Origin: Cercozoa sp. M6MM
Taxonomy: Eukaryota > Protista > Endomyxa: Ascetosporea
DNA: 64,000 nucleotides
NCBI GenBank assembly: GCA_040357565.1
Contig: JBDODJ010000061.1
Strand: one strand, 5' to 3'
Part shown: in pieces, positions 41,150-54,060 of the stretch
How the letters are laid out: each line of letters opens with the position of its first letter
How positions within the stretch are numbered: the first letter of the stretch is position 1
Notes under the pieces: generated by a model
What the model saw: the letters and a program-made list of their open reading frames with translations, nothing else
Database searches by the model: none
Told to the model about the DNA's origin: nothing
Program-made: the position numbers and the translations under genes

Positions 41150-42654
41150 CGAGCGTCGGCGCCGGCTTGTGCGGCCGCAGGATGAAAGCGATCAACAGGG
41201 CCAATGCAGCGATCGACGTGAGACACAAGAAGAAGTGCGCCGACGACAGGCGCGACTCGAGCACCAGAAACAACGCATCGGACCCGATACTACAACAAAG
41301 AAAGGGTGCTTTGTGTTGCAGTTGCAAACAAACAACTAAGTGTACCCGGAGAGACCCCAGGCCGTCACAATGACACCGTAGATACGAGCAAAGTTTCGAA
41401 TGCCGAATGCACGAGTCACCCTTAATACATCAAGTTGAAGCACTCAGACATCATATGTCTATGTATATTTTAAATAGAGGTACATTGGCGGAAAGAGTCC
41501 CAGAATGCCGCCATAACAAAAGGCCGACAGGAAGGTAAGCGCAAAGAAGAGTGGCCAGACCGAGAGTGCACCCGGCACACAGTACATTGCCGTCACTGCA
41601 GTCGTCAGGAGAGGCAACAAGATGCCTGTTCTTCGCACGCCAAGGTGGTCCTGTAAACAAACATTAACACCCTCTAGAACGAGCCAGCACACATGTACCG
41701 ACAGAGCGCCAAAACTCCAACGACCGGCAGCATTTGCGATCGCAGTTGCCTGCACAGGTAGCATATGTATTTGTACTATCCCAATGATTTACACGAGTGG
41801 TACAGCAGCCAGTTGGGTCAGTGCAGCGTCGGAGAAATCGGAGCCAAAGTCTTTAAAAGTTCCCAGGACGAGGTGACCTAATTCATCCCAAACCTTTCAG
41901 TCAGTTCGAGTTGTGTAAGCACTCTCGCAGTACCCGGGACAGTGATGGTAACAAGCCACATCGCCATCACCCAGAAGCGAGTAGACGTAACTGCCTCGCG
42001 AAGCGTGCTGTCATCGCATGCGTCCAAGACTCCCTCACTGCTTTCTGGCAGGGTTGCCAGTGTGCTCGGTGCGTTTTCTGAGTCAGCATTGATGCTGTCG
42101 CTCTTGTTGTCCAACAGAGCGCTCTCTTCCTCCGGTGTGACACTCGGTGGTTGTGATATCTGCGCACTCTCTAGTATGAAGTAACAAGAAGCACACAAGA
42201 CACCAGATCTACCAGGAAGGAAGGCAACGCAGCAAAGCAGAAGAACACGACGCTCATAATCAACAGCATGCGTGGCACACGTTCCACCACTATAGCAAGA
42301 GTTTGACCGGATAAAAACGTCGATAAAGCCTTAGACTATACCCGAAGAGTCGGGAGGAAAAAAGCCATTGTCGTCTCGGTCTTCGTTGTCGGGATTTACC
42401 ACTGCACAAAAGGGGCAGGTCCAGTGGTACAAGACAGCAACTGTTAATCAAAGGTACAAAGCATCACGAGCGGGTTCCAAACGACACCACCGGCCCCAAT
42501 GAACGCTTTGATTAGGCCTGAAACGGCACCTATCCTCCGAGGAAACCAGCGCTGGGCCACCACTGAGCAGACAGACAAGATTCAATTACTTGATCTGTCT
42601 CACAACAGACACACGGAATCACTGTCGGTGTGTACCCATTGGACCTATCTGGCA
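41145..42654 (-). CDS. MFS transporter, oxalate:formate antiporter (OFA)-like; first TMs not found
   Basis: AQRWFPRRIGAVSGLI...GAGG, TLREAVTSTRFW, ANAAGRWSFGALS(D), FCYGGILGLFPP, FGIRNFARIYG. Ends TAG 41145-41147, or TAA 40958-40960 if 41008-41149 is spliced. Confidence 0.88.
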
Positions 42655-42691
42655 CTGCAAAAGCACACACAAACTGTGTGTGTGTGTGTGT

Positions 42692-42737
<46 letters not shown>

Positions 42738-42747
42738 NNNNNNNNNN

Positions 42748-42835
<88 letters not shown>

Positions 42836-43347
42836 GCTTGCATCGGGAGTACGGGGCCGCTTGCTTGCTACGACGTTTACGTTTTGTGTAACATAGTTGC
42901 CTGGCTGAGCGAGCGAGTCTTTTTGTTATACGAACATACGAACGGAACCCGCCGTCGCGTCGCTTACATTGCTTGCAACCATTGATTTTAAACGAAAAGC
43001 CCGGGTCGGTCAACAGCGCTAACGCAAGCAGCCGTCCGGCCAGTTAGTTCAGTGATACTGCACACTTTCAGTAGTCATTGCTTCGACCCGCCCGCACGGA
43101 GGTCATAAACTTGAAGGTCCTGGAGTTTGATGCTGACCTTGATATCGACGATTAACTACCGTGGCAAAAAACATGAAACTGTGCCGGTAAAACTACGGTA
43201 ACGTTAATGTCTTGCAACTTGTAATTTAACAGGACAGTTTACTTATACCCGCTTGCTCACAGATCAGGAGTGCTGGATCAAATTTGTATTTAAAAAATCA
43301 TTTCATAAGGCAGGACGTTGGTTCAGTCCATTGTCCAATACTTGCAT

Positions 43348-43716
43348 TTATGGGGCAGTGCGAGCGTGTCGATGGTAGTGGTGCTCTATGGAGTTTCGAT
43401 GGTGACGGTGTCCGGACTCTTGGCCTTGCACCGCGAGCACGGTCTGCGGCTGTTCCGGAGTTGCAGGCACTGGCACTGGCACTGGCACAGGAACGGCTTG
43501 AACCGGCACTGGCTGCGGCACCGCCACTGCTTGCAAGCGACCTTCATGATAGTGATGGTGACGGTGGTGATGGCGGGGGTGTGATCTCCCGGCTGGTTCT
43601 GGTGCTCCCTGAACTGCAACTGCCGCAGGAGGCTCTTGCTGCAGTTGCTTCTGCTCCAGGGCGGCTTGTTGTTGTTCGACCGCAAGTTCTTGCTTCTCAG
43701 ATCGGATAGCTTGCAT
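43348..43716 (-). CDS. Intronless 122-aa Gln/His/Val-Pro-rich orphan ORF
   Basis: ATG to TAA; two AVQG...H-rich modules flanking a (VP)n tract. Low complexity, and other frames are also open. Confidence 0.45.
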   Translation of the reverse strand: MQAIRSEKQELAVEQQQAALEQKQLQQEPPAAVAVQGAPEPAGRSHPRHHHRHHHYHEGRLQAVAVPQPVPVQAVPVPVPVPVPATPEQPQTVLAVQGQESGHRHHRNSIEHHYHRHARTAP

Positions 43717-43882
43717 TATGATCGGATACCTTTGAGATAGCTTGCATTATGATACCTAACCTTTTTGCCTCTCATTATGATCAAATGGCTATCTCAGAAC
43801 CGCAAAGTGGCTATTTGAGATAGCTTGCATTATGATCAAATGGCTATCTGAGAGCGAGACGTCGCCATCATAATGCAAGCTA
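43700..43882. repeat. Cluster of direct and inverted 16-22-bp repeats
   Basis: GATAGCTTGCATTATGAT at 43705, 43736, 43819; inverted ATCATAATGCAAGCTA at 43867-43882; CATTATGATCAAATGGCTATCT at 43773 and 43828. Confidence 0.92.
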
Positions 43883-43953
43883 ACCAGTAAAACGACGTAC
43901 TCCTGTCCGTCAGACGACCTCACGAGTACAGTCGAGCAGCGGAGCAGCGTACC

Positions 43954-45303
43954 TCAGCTCTGCTGCTGCTGAGAACGACGTCGACGCGGACGACGACGGC
44001 GTCGTCGCTTGTCACTGCCCTCGTTCGTCAAGGCGGCGGTGTCAGCGTTGGCACTGCCACTCACTTGCTTGGAGGCATCGGCGTTTCGGTTTGTACGACG
44101 ACGTGGTCGCGTCTTTCGGCGTTGCTACAGAGTAGGGGTGTCAATTTGAACGCAGAGGCACGTGACACTTCTTTGTAAGCTTACCTGTTGCTGCATTTGC
44201 GTGCCGCTCTGGTGTGTATTCGCAATCTCGCCAAATGTCTCCAGGTCCATCTTTGCCATTTTACTCATAACCACAACACACCCACACACCCACACTCGCA
44301 CACCCACACCCACACACACTCCGCGAGTATAACGGCAAAGTACCTGCCTTTGCCTGTGGAAGGATGGACGCACTTCACGCGGCTCGCCTTCCGCAAGGGT
44401 ATCGAAGAAACTACGTGTGATGCAATGAAGTCAGGTAAGACACGCCATAGTGTGCAAAAGCCAGGGGAGTACCCAACAGACGGGTCAAAGGCAACGGCGG
44501 GTTGCTCGGTGTTTTTCTGACCACTCTTGGAGCGCTTCCTGCACACCACAACACCACGTGTCCACACACGTAAACAAACGACTTGGGACGGTACTTTCGC
44601 GTGCGTCGCGGTTTCTGCTGCTGCTGTTTCGACTGCGACGATCGTTGTCGCTGCGGCTGCGGCGGCTGCTGCAGCTGCTGCGCAGGGTTTTCCGACACTG
44701 TTTCGGGGATCTTGGGAATGCGTGCTAAAGTACGAAAAAGGGTTATGACACATAAGAACAAGAAACAAGGCAAAACGCACAGTGCACAGACGGCACACGC
44801 AGCACGTGAGAATCCGGCAACGTTCGCAGTGCCGCAATGTCAGCGCGGGCCAGCGTAACCTGCGTGCGCACATAAATGATAAACACATCAACTGTGAAGA
44901 TACATCCACATATCGATACAGACAGAGACACATACATACACAACACACAGACGCACACACACACAGGCACAGTACCCGAGGCAGCATAGCGTCATGTGGC
45001 GGAAGCTGCGTCTCACAATCTCGGTCCTCGGTACCAAAACACACGACCTGGACATGCAGACCGAAATTCACCGATGCTACACATTCTACATAAGTATAAC
45101 TAGAAAAAAAAGTACCTGCGTGAGTTGGACTTTCTGGTCGCGCAAATTCACAGCGTCGAGAATGCCCTCATAACGCATCTGAAGAAAAAGGGAAGCCATC
45201 CAGACAAAAATACCAGGAAAAGACCACATTTTCTATCAAAAAGCAACGTGATTATTACCCCGCGTTTGGTGATCACGTCGACGTACTTGCCGACGTACGA
45301 CAT
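43954..45303 (-). CDS. LSM14: LSM14/Scd6/RAP55-like mRNA-decay protein
   Basis: Lsm14 N-domain MSYVGKYVDVITKRG-MRYEGILDAVN...VVCFGTEDR; FFD box (FFDTL); TFG box (DLETFG); Arg-rich tail; TGA 43954-43956. Confidence 0.88.
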
Positions 45304-45534
45304 CTGCTATAAGCGTCCTCACTCAGCAAAAAATCACTTTTAGCTCTTGAGCCAATGTTTAGTGCTTGCTCACAGACTCCTGGTCCGCACACGTTAGTGC
45401 ACGTTAGTTCTGCACTCTATAGAACAGTGGCGCTCACATTTTGGCGCGGCTTTAACAAAAATACACTGCCGTCCAGAGCTCGAAATATTGAGTGCCAGAT
45501 ACTAAATTACAGGAATCTTTGTGCTGTTAAGCAC

Positions 45535-47136
45535 ATGTTTGGTGCTAGTGCGGCAGTTCGCCAACTCACCGGTAGTTTTCCAATATCCCAGGTCGCCACG
45601 GTGCCCTCTGTTTCTGGCAAGTCACCGACTAGTGGATGTTATGCAACAAAAAATACTGTCAGGTGCCCTGTGTTTCTTCGTCCTCATCCCGGGCGCCGTG
45701 ATCTTATTGAATGCCATTTGCGTGATCTTTCCGTTCCTGTGGCCTTTGTATGGCGTCTACATTGCCTATATTATGTGGGTACCGTCCCCAATAAAAAGGT
45801 CGATCTCGTGTGTTCCGTATGTGCTCTTTGTGTGAGCAGGATGATACCGAAACCAGGCCGAACGAGAGAGCTTGCAGCAAGTGGCGCAACCATTTTGTGT
45901 GGAACTGCTTGCGAGAATACTATCCCGTGTCAACTCATGCGTTGGAGAAACTAGGTGTGCCATGTCTTAAACCAAATGAACTAGCATGAATGAAAGCGTA
46001 AGTGAATTCTTTGCGCAGATGACGACAAAACTTACTTGTTTTGCAGTCACCCGCACGGCATTTTTGGACAGGGAATTGTATCGAGTTTTGCACTGCAATC
46101 TAAGGAGTTTCGCGACACGTTTGGCATGTATCACATCACTTACAGCTTAACCGTGTTCCTGTTCCCAAAACTGTTCGCTGAGTTTACTGAACTGGGCAGG
46201 TCGGGCGATAAAGTGCGTGTGACCACGCTGCCTCTCAATTTTAAAGGTAACCTTCCAACTAATGCAATGTATGTAAGATTCCATCTTATGTCTGTGTGTG
46301 ATTGTAGTTCCATTCTGGCGCGAAGTCGTGACAAAAATGGGCTTTGTCTCCGTGGACCGTATTTTTGTCGATCAAAGCAGAGTTTCCAATCCTTCATCCC
46401 GTATCCACATTTAGGCAAGTCATTCGACGCTCACCTGTCGCATGGCACCTCACTGGTCGTCGTGGTTGGTGGTGCCTCCGAGGCATTGGATGCGTGTCCC
46501 ACGACGTACTCAGCGCCCTTCATTGTTGCTGTTGTTGCTGTGCTTGCAATACACCTTCACCTTATCTGTGTGCAGCAACTGCGTTCATCTCAAGCACCGC
46601 AAAGGCTTCGTGCGACGAGCGTTGCACAATGGCGTGTCACTTGTGCCCGTGTTCACCTTTGGCGAGAACGAACTGTTCAACGTGCACAATGTATGTTGTG
46701 TTCTCAGAGTATTGGGAGGAAGAAGTTGTGAACTGGTGTGCTCAGTTCCCAGAGGGCAGCATCGGACGGCGCGTGCAAACTTTTCTGAAACAACACATGT
46801 CGTTTTCAATGCCTCTGTTCTTCGGACGTTTTTTGGTACAGTATATTCTACTTTGTTTGTTTGCGTTGTATCACACTTTGATTCAGGGTATGCTGCCATT
46901 CAAGCGCCCGCTTACTGTGGTCACTGGCCGGCCACTAGAGCTGCCGCACCTGCCGTCGCCTACGCCGCTGCAAGTCGACGAGTGGCACACGCGCTATGTT
47001 GAACGACTGCGCGAGACGTTTGCTGAGGGTACCTTTCAGCACTCGATGGTTTTTGTTCGCGCTCATATCGTTTACTCGTTGTTGCTCAGGCGTGAAACTG
47101 CACCCAGGTTCAGTACCGCCTCTCGAGATCAAGTAA
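45535..47136 (+). CDS. DGAT2: Diacylglycerol/monoacylglycerol acyltransferase (DGAT2/MOGAT family)
   Basis: EYYP, HPHG catalytic motif, VPFWRE, VVGGASEAL, RKGFVRRAL..G.SLVPVFTFGENELF, GMLPFKRPLTVVTGRP; all introns spliced in phase; TAA 47134-47136. Confidence 0.95.
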
Positions 47137-47442
47137 TACCGTACTCGATGCGACGTATGAGTGACACTGCGCTCAAGCAGGATCCATCGTCCATTGAAAT
47201 CGAATATATCCTGCCAAACAACCGTGACGCTGAGAGTGCGACATCAAAGGCAGAACCGACCAGAACTCGTGACGAGTTTAGTTTTTTTAGCCGTTTGCCC
47301 AAAGGCTACGCTACTGATAACCCGTACCATGCAGCAAATTTACACGACAGTACCTTAAAGAAAGCTGACTGGCGCGGCTTTGTCAGTTTTCGTGACTGTA
47401 TCTTCTGCTTACTGTAGTTCAACTTAACTAAAGTATTTCAAC

Positions 47443-50400
47443 TTAGTTCGCAGCGGTGCCAGTGCGATGCCAGCTGCAGCCACTGGGTCGGTGCCAGGTG
47501 CCGTGCTCTAAGTGGTCACTCGAAGTAGATTCAACTGAAGGGTGAGACCGAGTGGTTTTACCATCATCGTCGTCCGAGAGGTATTCGGCACCCTTGCTGC
47601 GACTGACGCCGTTGTCAGCATGCTGATTCTTACCGGTGCTTGTAGTGTCGTTCTTTGGCGTACCAAAGGTTACAGGCACGCCGTTGCGACTCCAGGGAGA
47701 CTTGACGGAACGGTGTTCGTTGATGCGTTTCAGCAGCCGGTGCATTGAGTTCTCGGTTCTGTTGGTTCTGCTTGCAACAAAAAATCGATACGGTAGATAT
47801 GCAAACGCTTAGGAGATTGCAAGAAGCAAAAAGCTTACGCAGCCGATGCGTTGCCTGAGACAGGTGAGAGCACAGAGCGCCAGTTACCGGACATCCCCAG
47901 CGATGAGGCAGTCGATGCTGCTTTACATTTTCCTTTCACTGGATAGGATCATCTCTCAGAGTAAATTGTACAGATCGGCGAATCCGGCAACTCAAAGTCG
48001 AGCACTGCCAACGGACGCCGTCGTGCGCGTCGTAAGCGTTGCATCTACATGTTTATGTGTATACATACACATATCTGTGTATTTCGATATCGGTAGAGAT
48101 AGAAACCGATACATAAAGATATATATATATATATATATATGCAAGATGGGCTGTGCACCAAGGACTGGGCCACGCGGAAGTTGTCCTTCTTGTGTCGCAG
48201 CGAATCGACGCCACGACGTTGCGTGCGCCAGAAGCGGTGCCACGCGGCTCCTTCAAAGCGACTGCAGTAGTCGAAGCGACGCTGTGCTGCTTGTGCCCTG
48301 TGTTGCACATGTCGACTCAAGACTGACGGGAAGCCATACATTGAACACACATAGTGAATGGTACAGCGGGTGCTCTGGGTGCAGTCGCGTTTCGCAACAG
48401 AACTGGAGCGTCGAGTTCAGCTACGGACGTGTGAGAAACTCTTGACCCAAAGAAAACTGACTTTGTGTACTTACCAATTGCACGTGCAGGTCAAGCGTGA
48501 GTGCGCGACTCTGCGTATGCTTGACTATGAAAGAGTTCTCTAGCACAGGCACAGAGACATGAGAGTACATTGTTCAGAACGGTGGACGCCAACTCTTGCA
48601 TTGCACTACGGTACAGTGATACACTCTGGCTTCCTTCGATACTGTGGAACAGTTAGAGAGTCTATTTACGCAAGGGCATACTGTGCCGGCATTTGTGTTG
48701 CCTGCACCGACGTCAGATGGTTTGCCTGTCTCGGTGCGTGCCGACGTGTCTATAATTTATACTATATGAAAAACAGTACATACTTTATATATGTAAGTTA
48801 TAGTTGCTAACCTCGTTGCGACGAATAGCCTCACGTGCAGCGAGAACGATCTACTCACACGAGGTTTCGGTAGTTTAGTATTTACACAGTCAGCACGGAA
48901 GTACAAGACCCAAGTCGGCCAGTTGAGTACGACAGCCCGAGCTGTCAAAGTCGGAGCGACGTGCCAGTGCTCGCATGCACCACTATGGCAAAGTAACTCT
49001 CCCGATATACACAAGCAAAGGCACTCACAACCGGTACCACGAACTGCGTCAACACTGGTTCATCGCAGCGTCGTCCCTGCCACAAGTGCACTCATAGACT
49101 GTACTACAAACACAGACAGCAGTCTTACCCGCAGGCGAGGCACAACAACGCACGCTGCGAGTGTTTCGAGCTGTGCCAACGCCTGAGCCAGCGACCACTA
49201 CCATGAACCAGTTGAAACTTCCCATCTGTTCTGAAAAATGAACACTCAAAGTTTACATTGTGCGTCGGCGTGTTGGGCTGTGCCTGAGGGTCAAACCCGA
49301 AACTGTACGCCATTAGCAACACCGATATCGACGTAGCGACCGCATTGTCCCCATCTTCACCTTCATTTGCAATATTAAAAGAAACTACAACATCGTTCAG
49401 TTAAAGAAGTCACCTGTCACTTGCGCCAGCTCATGCACCATATCCTCGGAATCTACAGTTGTGATCAGCATATGGACACTCATGAAGAGTACATGGAAAC
49501 CTACCAAACAACTTGCGAGCTGCGAAGAAGTCACGACGCGCACGTGCCAGAATCTGCAGTCTGTGCAACACGTCGGTTCGACTGAACTAGCTGCTAGTTA
49601 AAATCATGTGGAGATACCTCAAGTTGTAGAAGCGTGCACGTGGCCTACAAGGAGAATAAAGCGTGTCGTTTCAGTTCAAACGAGAGAATCAGTATACTTC
49701 AGCGCAAAAGCATTGTCGCAAGCAACGGCGGCATAGAACGCGTCGCTTTGTTTCCTATACAATAGAAACACGTACACACAAATACGCACTTAAATGCCGT
49801 GTGAACGTGTGCCGTACCGAATGATGTCAGTGCAGTTGGTTCGGTCCATTTCGAGTTGCAACAGCAGCTTCTGAGTGGCATGGAGTAAGGTGTGAATTGC
49901 GTCGCCTTGTTGGAGCTGCAGCATACACAAGAACTTTATTCATGCAGTCCATGTCTGCAGTTACGGGTGGACTCTACCGGAAGAATGCCTCGTCTGGCAC
50001 GTGCACGCCAAGCACCTGCATTAAAACAAGTATGTGTAGGGAAACAACCGAACTGATCAGTAAGAGTTTCTCACGTCGCTGGCGTGCGCGTCGACGCTCT
50101 GTCGCCGTGCGTCGTCGACTGCCTGCTTGGACACAGAAGGAGGGTCATGCAGGAAGGGTTTGCACAAGAGAGGATAAGGAAGAAGAGTTGATATACCGGT
50201 ACTACCGGTGCTGTTGCTGCCCGTGCTGCCTGAAGACTCAGTCATGATGCTGTAGCCACTGTGTCCGTCGTCGCGATCTTCTCGGCTCAAGTCTTTGCTC
50301 AAGTCTTTGCTCAAGTCCTTGCTCAAATCCTTGCTCATCTCCTTGTCAGTTTTGTCCGTATCCTGACTGACAGCACCATTGCCGGTGTCACCAGGCATGC

Positions 50401-50499
50401 GAGGCGCTTCGATGTTGTCGTCGCTCGACAGTTTCTCTCGCGGCTTGCGCGCACTACAAACTCGCTCAGTCTCTTCAGTTGCCCAACAAGAGAGAGAGG

Positions 50500-50551
<52 letters not shown>

Positions 50552-53543
50552 GAGAGAAAGAGTACCGAATCGAAGTAGGCGGACGGAGTTCGGATCCAAA
50601 AGCCACCAGAGCCGTGTCTAGCAGCTGCAGTGCGACCACGCGACCCTGTCCATTGCACCCTCATCTATTGTACTCACAGACGTCAGACAGGGAAACGGAA
50701 GTTCACCTCTGACACGAGAGGACTCTCGTCGGCATCGCTTGTGGCTGTGGTGGGCATGTCACCTTCACATATTGTATGCATAACTACACAAACTATCTCC
50801 CTGTATGCTGTACGCATACGTTTGTCACGCTCGGCCTCGTCAGTCTCGGTCTTGGTTTCGTCATCGACTGCATTTATATGATACATACACATAGTCAGCA
50901 TACCATATGTATTATTCCAAAAATACAGAAAGATATTGATTTAAACATACCCACAATGTTGGCAGCTGCACAGCACACGCGGCGAACCGCGTCGAGTTTG
51001 TGCAGAGTATCCTGCACACAAGGCACAAAAATATACGTAGTGAATAGAGTCAGAAGGCTGCGACACACCGTCAGAAGTGAACGGCCTGTCTCGAACTTCT
51101 CAGTCTCGTCGACGAAACAAGCTGACAATGAACCCACAGTTAGACAGATGTGATAGAGCGAATGTGAAATAGCCAATACAGCAAGCGTTGCGCCGGTCAG
51201 AAGCCACGCAGTACGCGCGCAGACTGCAGGAAGCGCGTGTTTAGCCAATACAGACTGAACTGAAAGGTGCTATACAGAGATGCATGTGCGAGAATGAGTT
51301 TCTCCAGTCGCTGTCCGACATCTTCGACGTCGCCGAGTGACTCAACAATCGAACTGTCCGTCTGCAGCAACTCTGCCACCGTGCGGAAGTCGCCGCAACG
51401 CGACAGCAGCGATACGACCTCGCCAACCACCTTGGCGTCCATCGTCTCGTCACTGCCGATGTCGTCGCGCATCTCGGCGAACCGTGCCTTCAGTTCATCT
51501 GTTGCCAAGCAAGGTAATAGAGGCAAATGACAACTAAGTAGGGGTACCCAAGAAGCGCTGCGGTTGACGCAGTGAACCAAACACTGCAACGACTGCGCGG
51601 CTTCTGTTAGCCTCGACAAACAGTATTCAGGCCATATACATATATGTATATATATGTCTCTGGGTATTTTAATAATGTATCCTGAGGTACACTTTGACAT
51701 CGTCAAGTTTGATATCGGCATGTCGACGCACTTCGCCCAATGCCTGTAGCAATAGGATAAACAGGTAGTGAAATAACAAAATAAACGGTATTACAGCGTG
51801 CATGAGAGTGATGCGAGTCGTGTCCTGATCGTTGTCGCTCTGAGCACACGGGTCACTCGACGCCAGCACGCGCAAGAAGTCAACGAACGCATCTTTGACG
51901 AGAGCGACCGGGGCTTCCTGTGCCAGCAGGCTCAGTTGCTCCAGCAACGATTGCTGTAGACACAAACACACACACACACACACACACAAGGAGTACTAGC
52001 AGAAACTTGAAGGGCAATCCCTGCAGCAGAGTTACAGCATGGGTGACAGCATCGCTTGCCAGGCAGCGGCATTTGCTATGGGGAGGGCATGGTATAAACT
52101 GGGATAACTACTGAATGTGTATATATATTCTCTTATAGATAGACGTAGTATGCAGATATTATTTATGCGTGTATGAGTCGTACAGGACGAGTGCATGCCA
52201 CTGCGGCGTCATGTGGCACGGCGTCAGACCCAGGTGCTGCTGCTGCACGGCGTACTGCTGCTGCTGCTCCAGCAGACGTCGCACACATGTGTCGATGTCG
52301 CGCACACCAATTTCGCTGTAGTGACTGCCCCCCTTGTTGCCTAAGAGGGTGCTTAGATTCTTCAAGGAGAGTCGATTAAAAATGCAACTACGATTCATGT
52401 CCTTCTTGTTCTCACGACACTGCTTGGCGTCCTTGAGTGCCTGCGTGCATTAAACAATACTAAAGCACCTCATCCAATAGTCAATGTGCCAGTACGGCAA
52501 GCAAGGCTTCGATCGGCACAAGCCAAACGTGCTCCCAGAACCCATGACTACAGTATTTGCACATGGACATAAACTTACTGTAAAAAGCACAAGTTAGGGA
52601 AAGAATCTACTTGTCGCCATAGTCGGCACTAACGTCGTCGTGTGAGACATGCGAGTCGTCTTTGCTCTTGTCCTCGTTTCTATAATGCGTTCACCAGCAT
52701 GAAAGCAACATGGACGGTAGAGAACAGGGGGGAAAACAAGGTACACGAATAGACGCGGCAGCTGCTGCAGAAACGACGCGATTGCCGCTGCGTGTCCATC
52801 ACACAGCGCGTCCAGTTTGCTTCTGTACAACGGTTACCAACTTAATGAAAGCACAGACAGTCTGCAAAGACGAGAATCTACTGCAATTCAATCAGCTTGA
52901 GCGTGTCTTCACGCGACTCGTGCAACTGCAAGACACTGTAGTCTTCGAGTACATACTATTGGGATAGAGTGAGCTACCGACGTGCGATGCACGGAACGCA
53001 GTTGGCGCACTTCGTTGCGTTGTGCGCACACCTGCGACCAGCGACGCTGTCGCTGCAAACAAAAGGAGCAAATAACAGCAGAACAGCAACAGAAGCTCCC
53101 AACACACGATCGAGTGACGACGAGCCGGCACACTCTCGGACAGCATCAATTCGGTCAGAGCGTTGTAGTCCGCCAGTGCAGCCCTTCATCAGAAAGACAG
53201 TGTGAGTGTATCGAAACTGATGAATTAGCGGATGCGACAAAGTGTAAGTTACTCGTAGAGAGTGATGAAGTTCGCCGTCAATGGCTTCATGCCTGTTGAG
53301 TTGTTTGGAATCCAGATTGAACCAAGCAACTCGGGATGGATCAGTTAATATGGCACCTTTCACGAGCGATGCGTTGAGCTCGGAGAGTTCGCGACGGAAG
53401 TTGCCGTTTCCACTACATAAACTGATCATATGGAACATGAGAGAGACAAGTACCACATCGGTACTGAAAGCGTACACAACATTGTGGTCAGAGCCGTGCT
53501 GCTGCTTGTGCGGAGTGCGACGACGCCAGTTCATGCGATTCAT
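47443..53543 (-). CDS. Large multi-exon hypothetical protein (helical, with S/T/D-rich low-complexity insert)
   Basis: Series of open minus-strand exons with GT-AG introns (e.g. 51280-51500, 50190-50480 including SKDL repeats). Both ends uncertain; could be more than one gene. Confidence 0.5.
50284..50339 (-). repeat. Coding 12-nt tandem repeat encoding (SKDL)4
   Basis: GCTCAAGTCTTT-like units on the plus strand. Confidence 0.9.
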
Positions 53544-54060
53544 CTTGTTTAATCACTTCGTAGCCGTTCGGCGAAGAATAATAATAAGCAGATACGGAGA
53601 GGGGGACACGAGTTTCGGAGATTCTGTTGAGAACGGAACTGACAAGAGAACACGGATAACTGACTTTACTGTACCTCTTCAGACTGTCGTCGGCCAAACT
53701 GGTTTCGCCTTACAGCCTCTATGTTGTCTTCAGTGCTAGTGCACGCAGGGCACTCGTTCATTTTCGGCACGAAAAACGACGCGTTTTCTGTTGTTTCGCG
53801 CGCTAAGAGGCGTTTCTCGCTCAAACTGTAGAATTCTTGTTGAGCAAAACTACAGTACTGCATTACGTAAACCCGCATAGATAGACATCAAAGCGACATG
53901 AGCTTGGCTTAAATCAGTAAAGGCTGGATCTTGCAACTTAAGTTTCCGGACTGTTCTGCTCGCGAATCGCACACGGTGACTAAAAAACTTACGCAATGCG
54001 GTGCTGAAACGACGTAAGTGCAAAATAGATTGTGGTTCCAGTTTCTTAATGAATCGCGCT

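Noticed and set aside
43705-43836. CRISPR-like array
   Set aside because: Only three 18-bp repeats with spacers of 13 and 65 bp that themselves contain repeats; no cas genes; eukaryotic context.
43887-43897. GTAAAACGACG match to the M13 forward primer
   Set aside because: Only 11 nt with no other vector sequence; compatible with chance.
47148-47748. Plus-strand gene starting 11 bp after the DGAT2 stop
   Set aside because: It overlaps an equally plausible minus-strand terminal exon of the 47.4-53.5 kb gene, and has no homology evidence.
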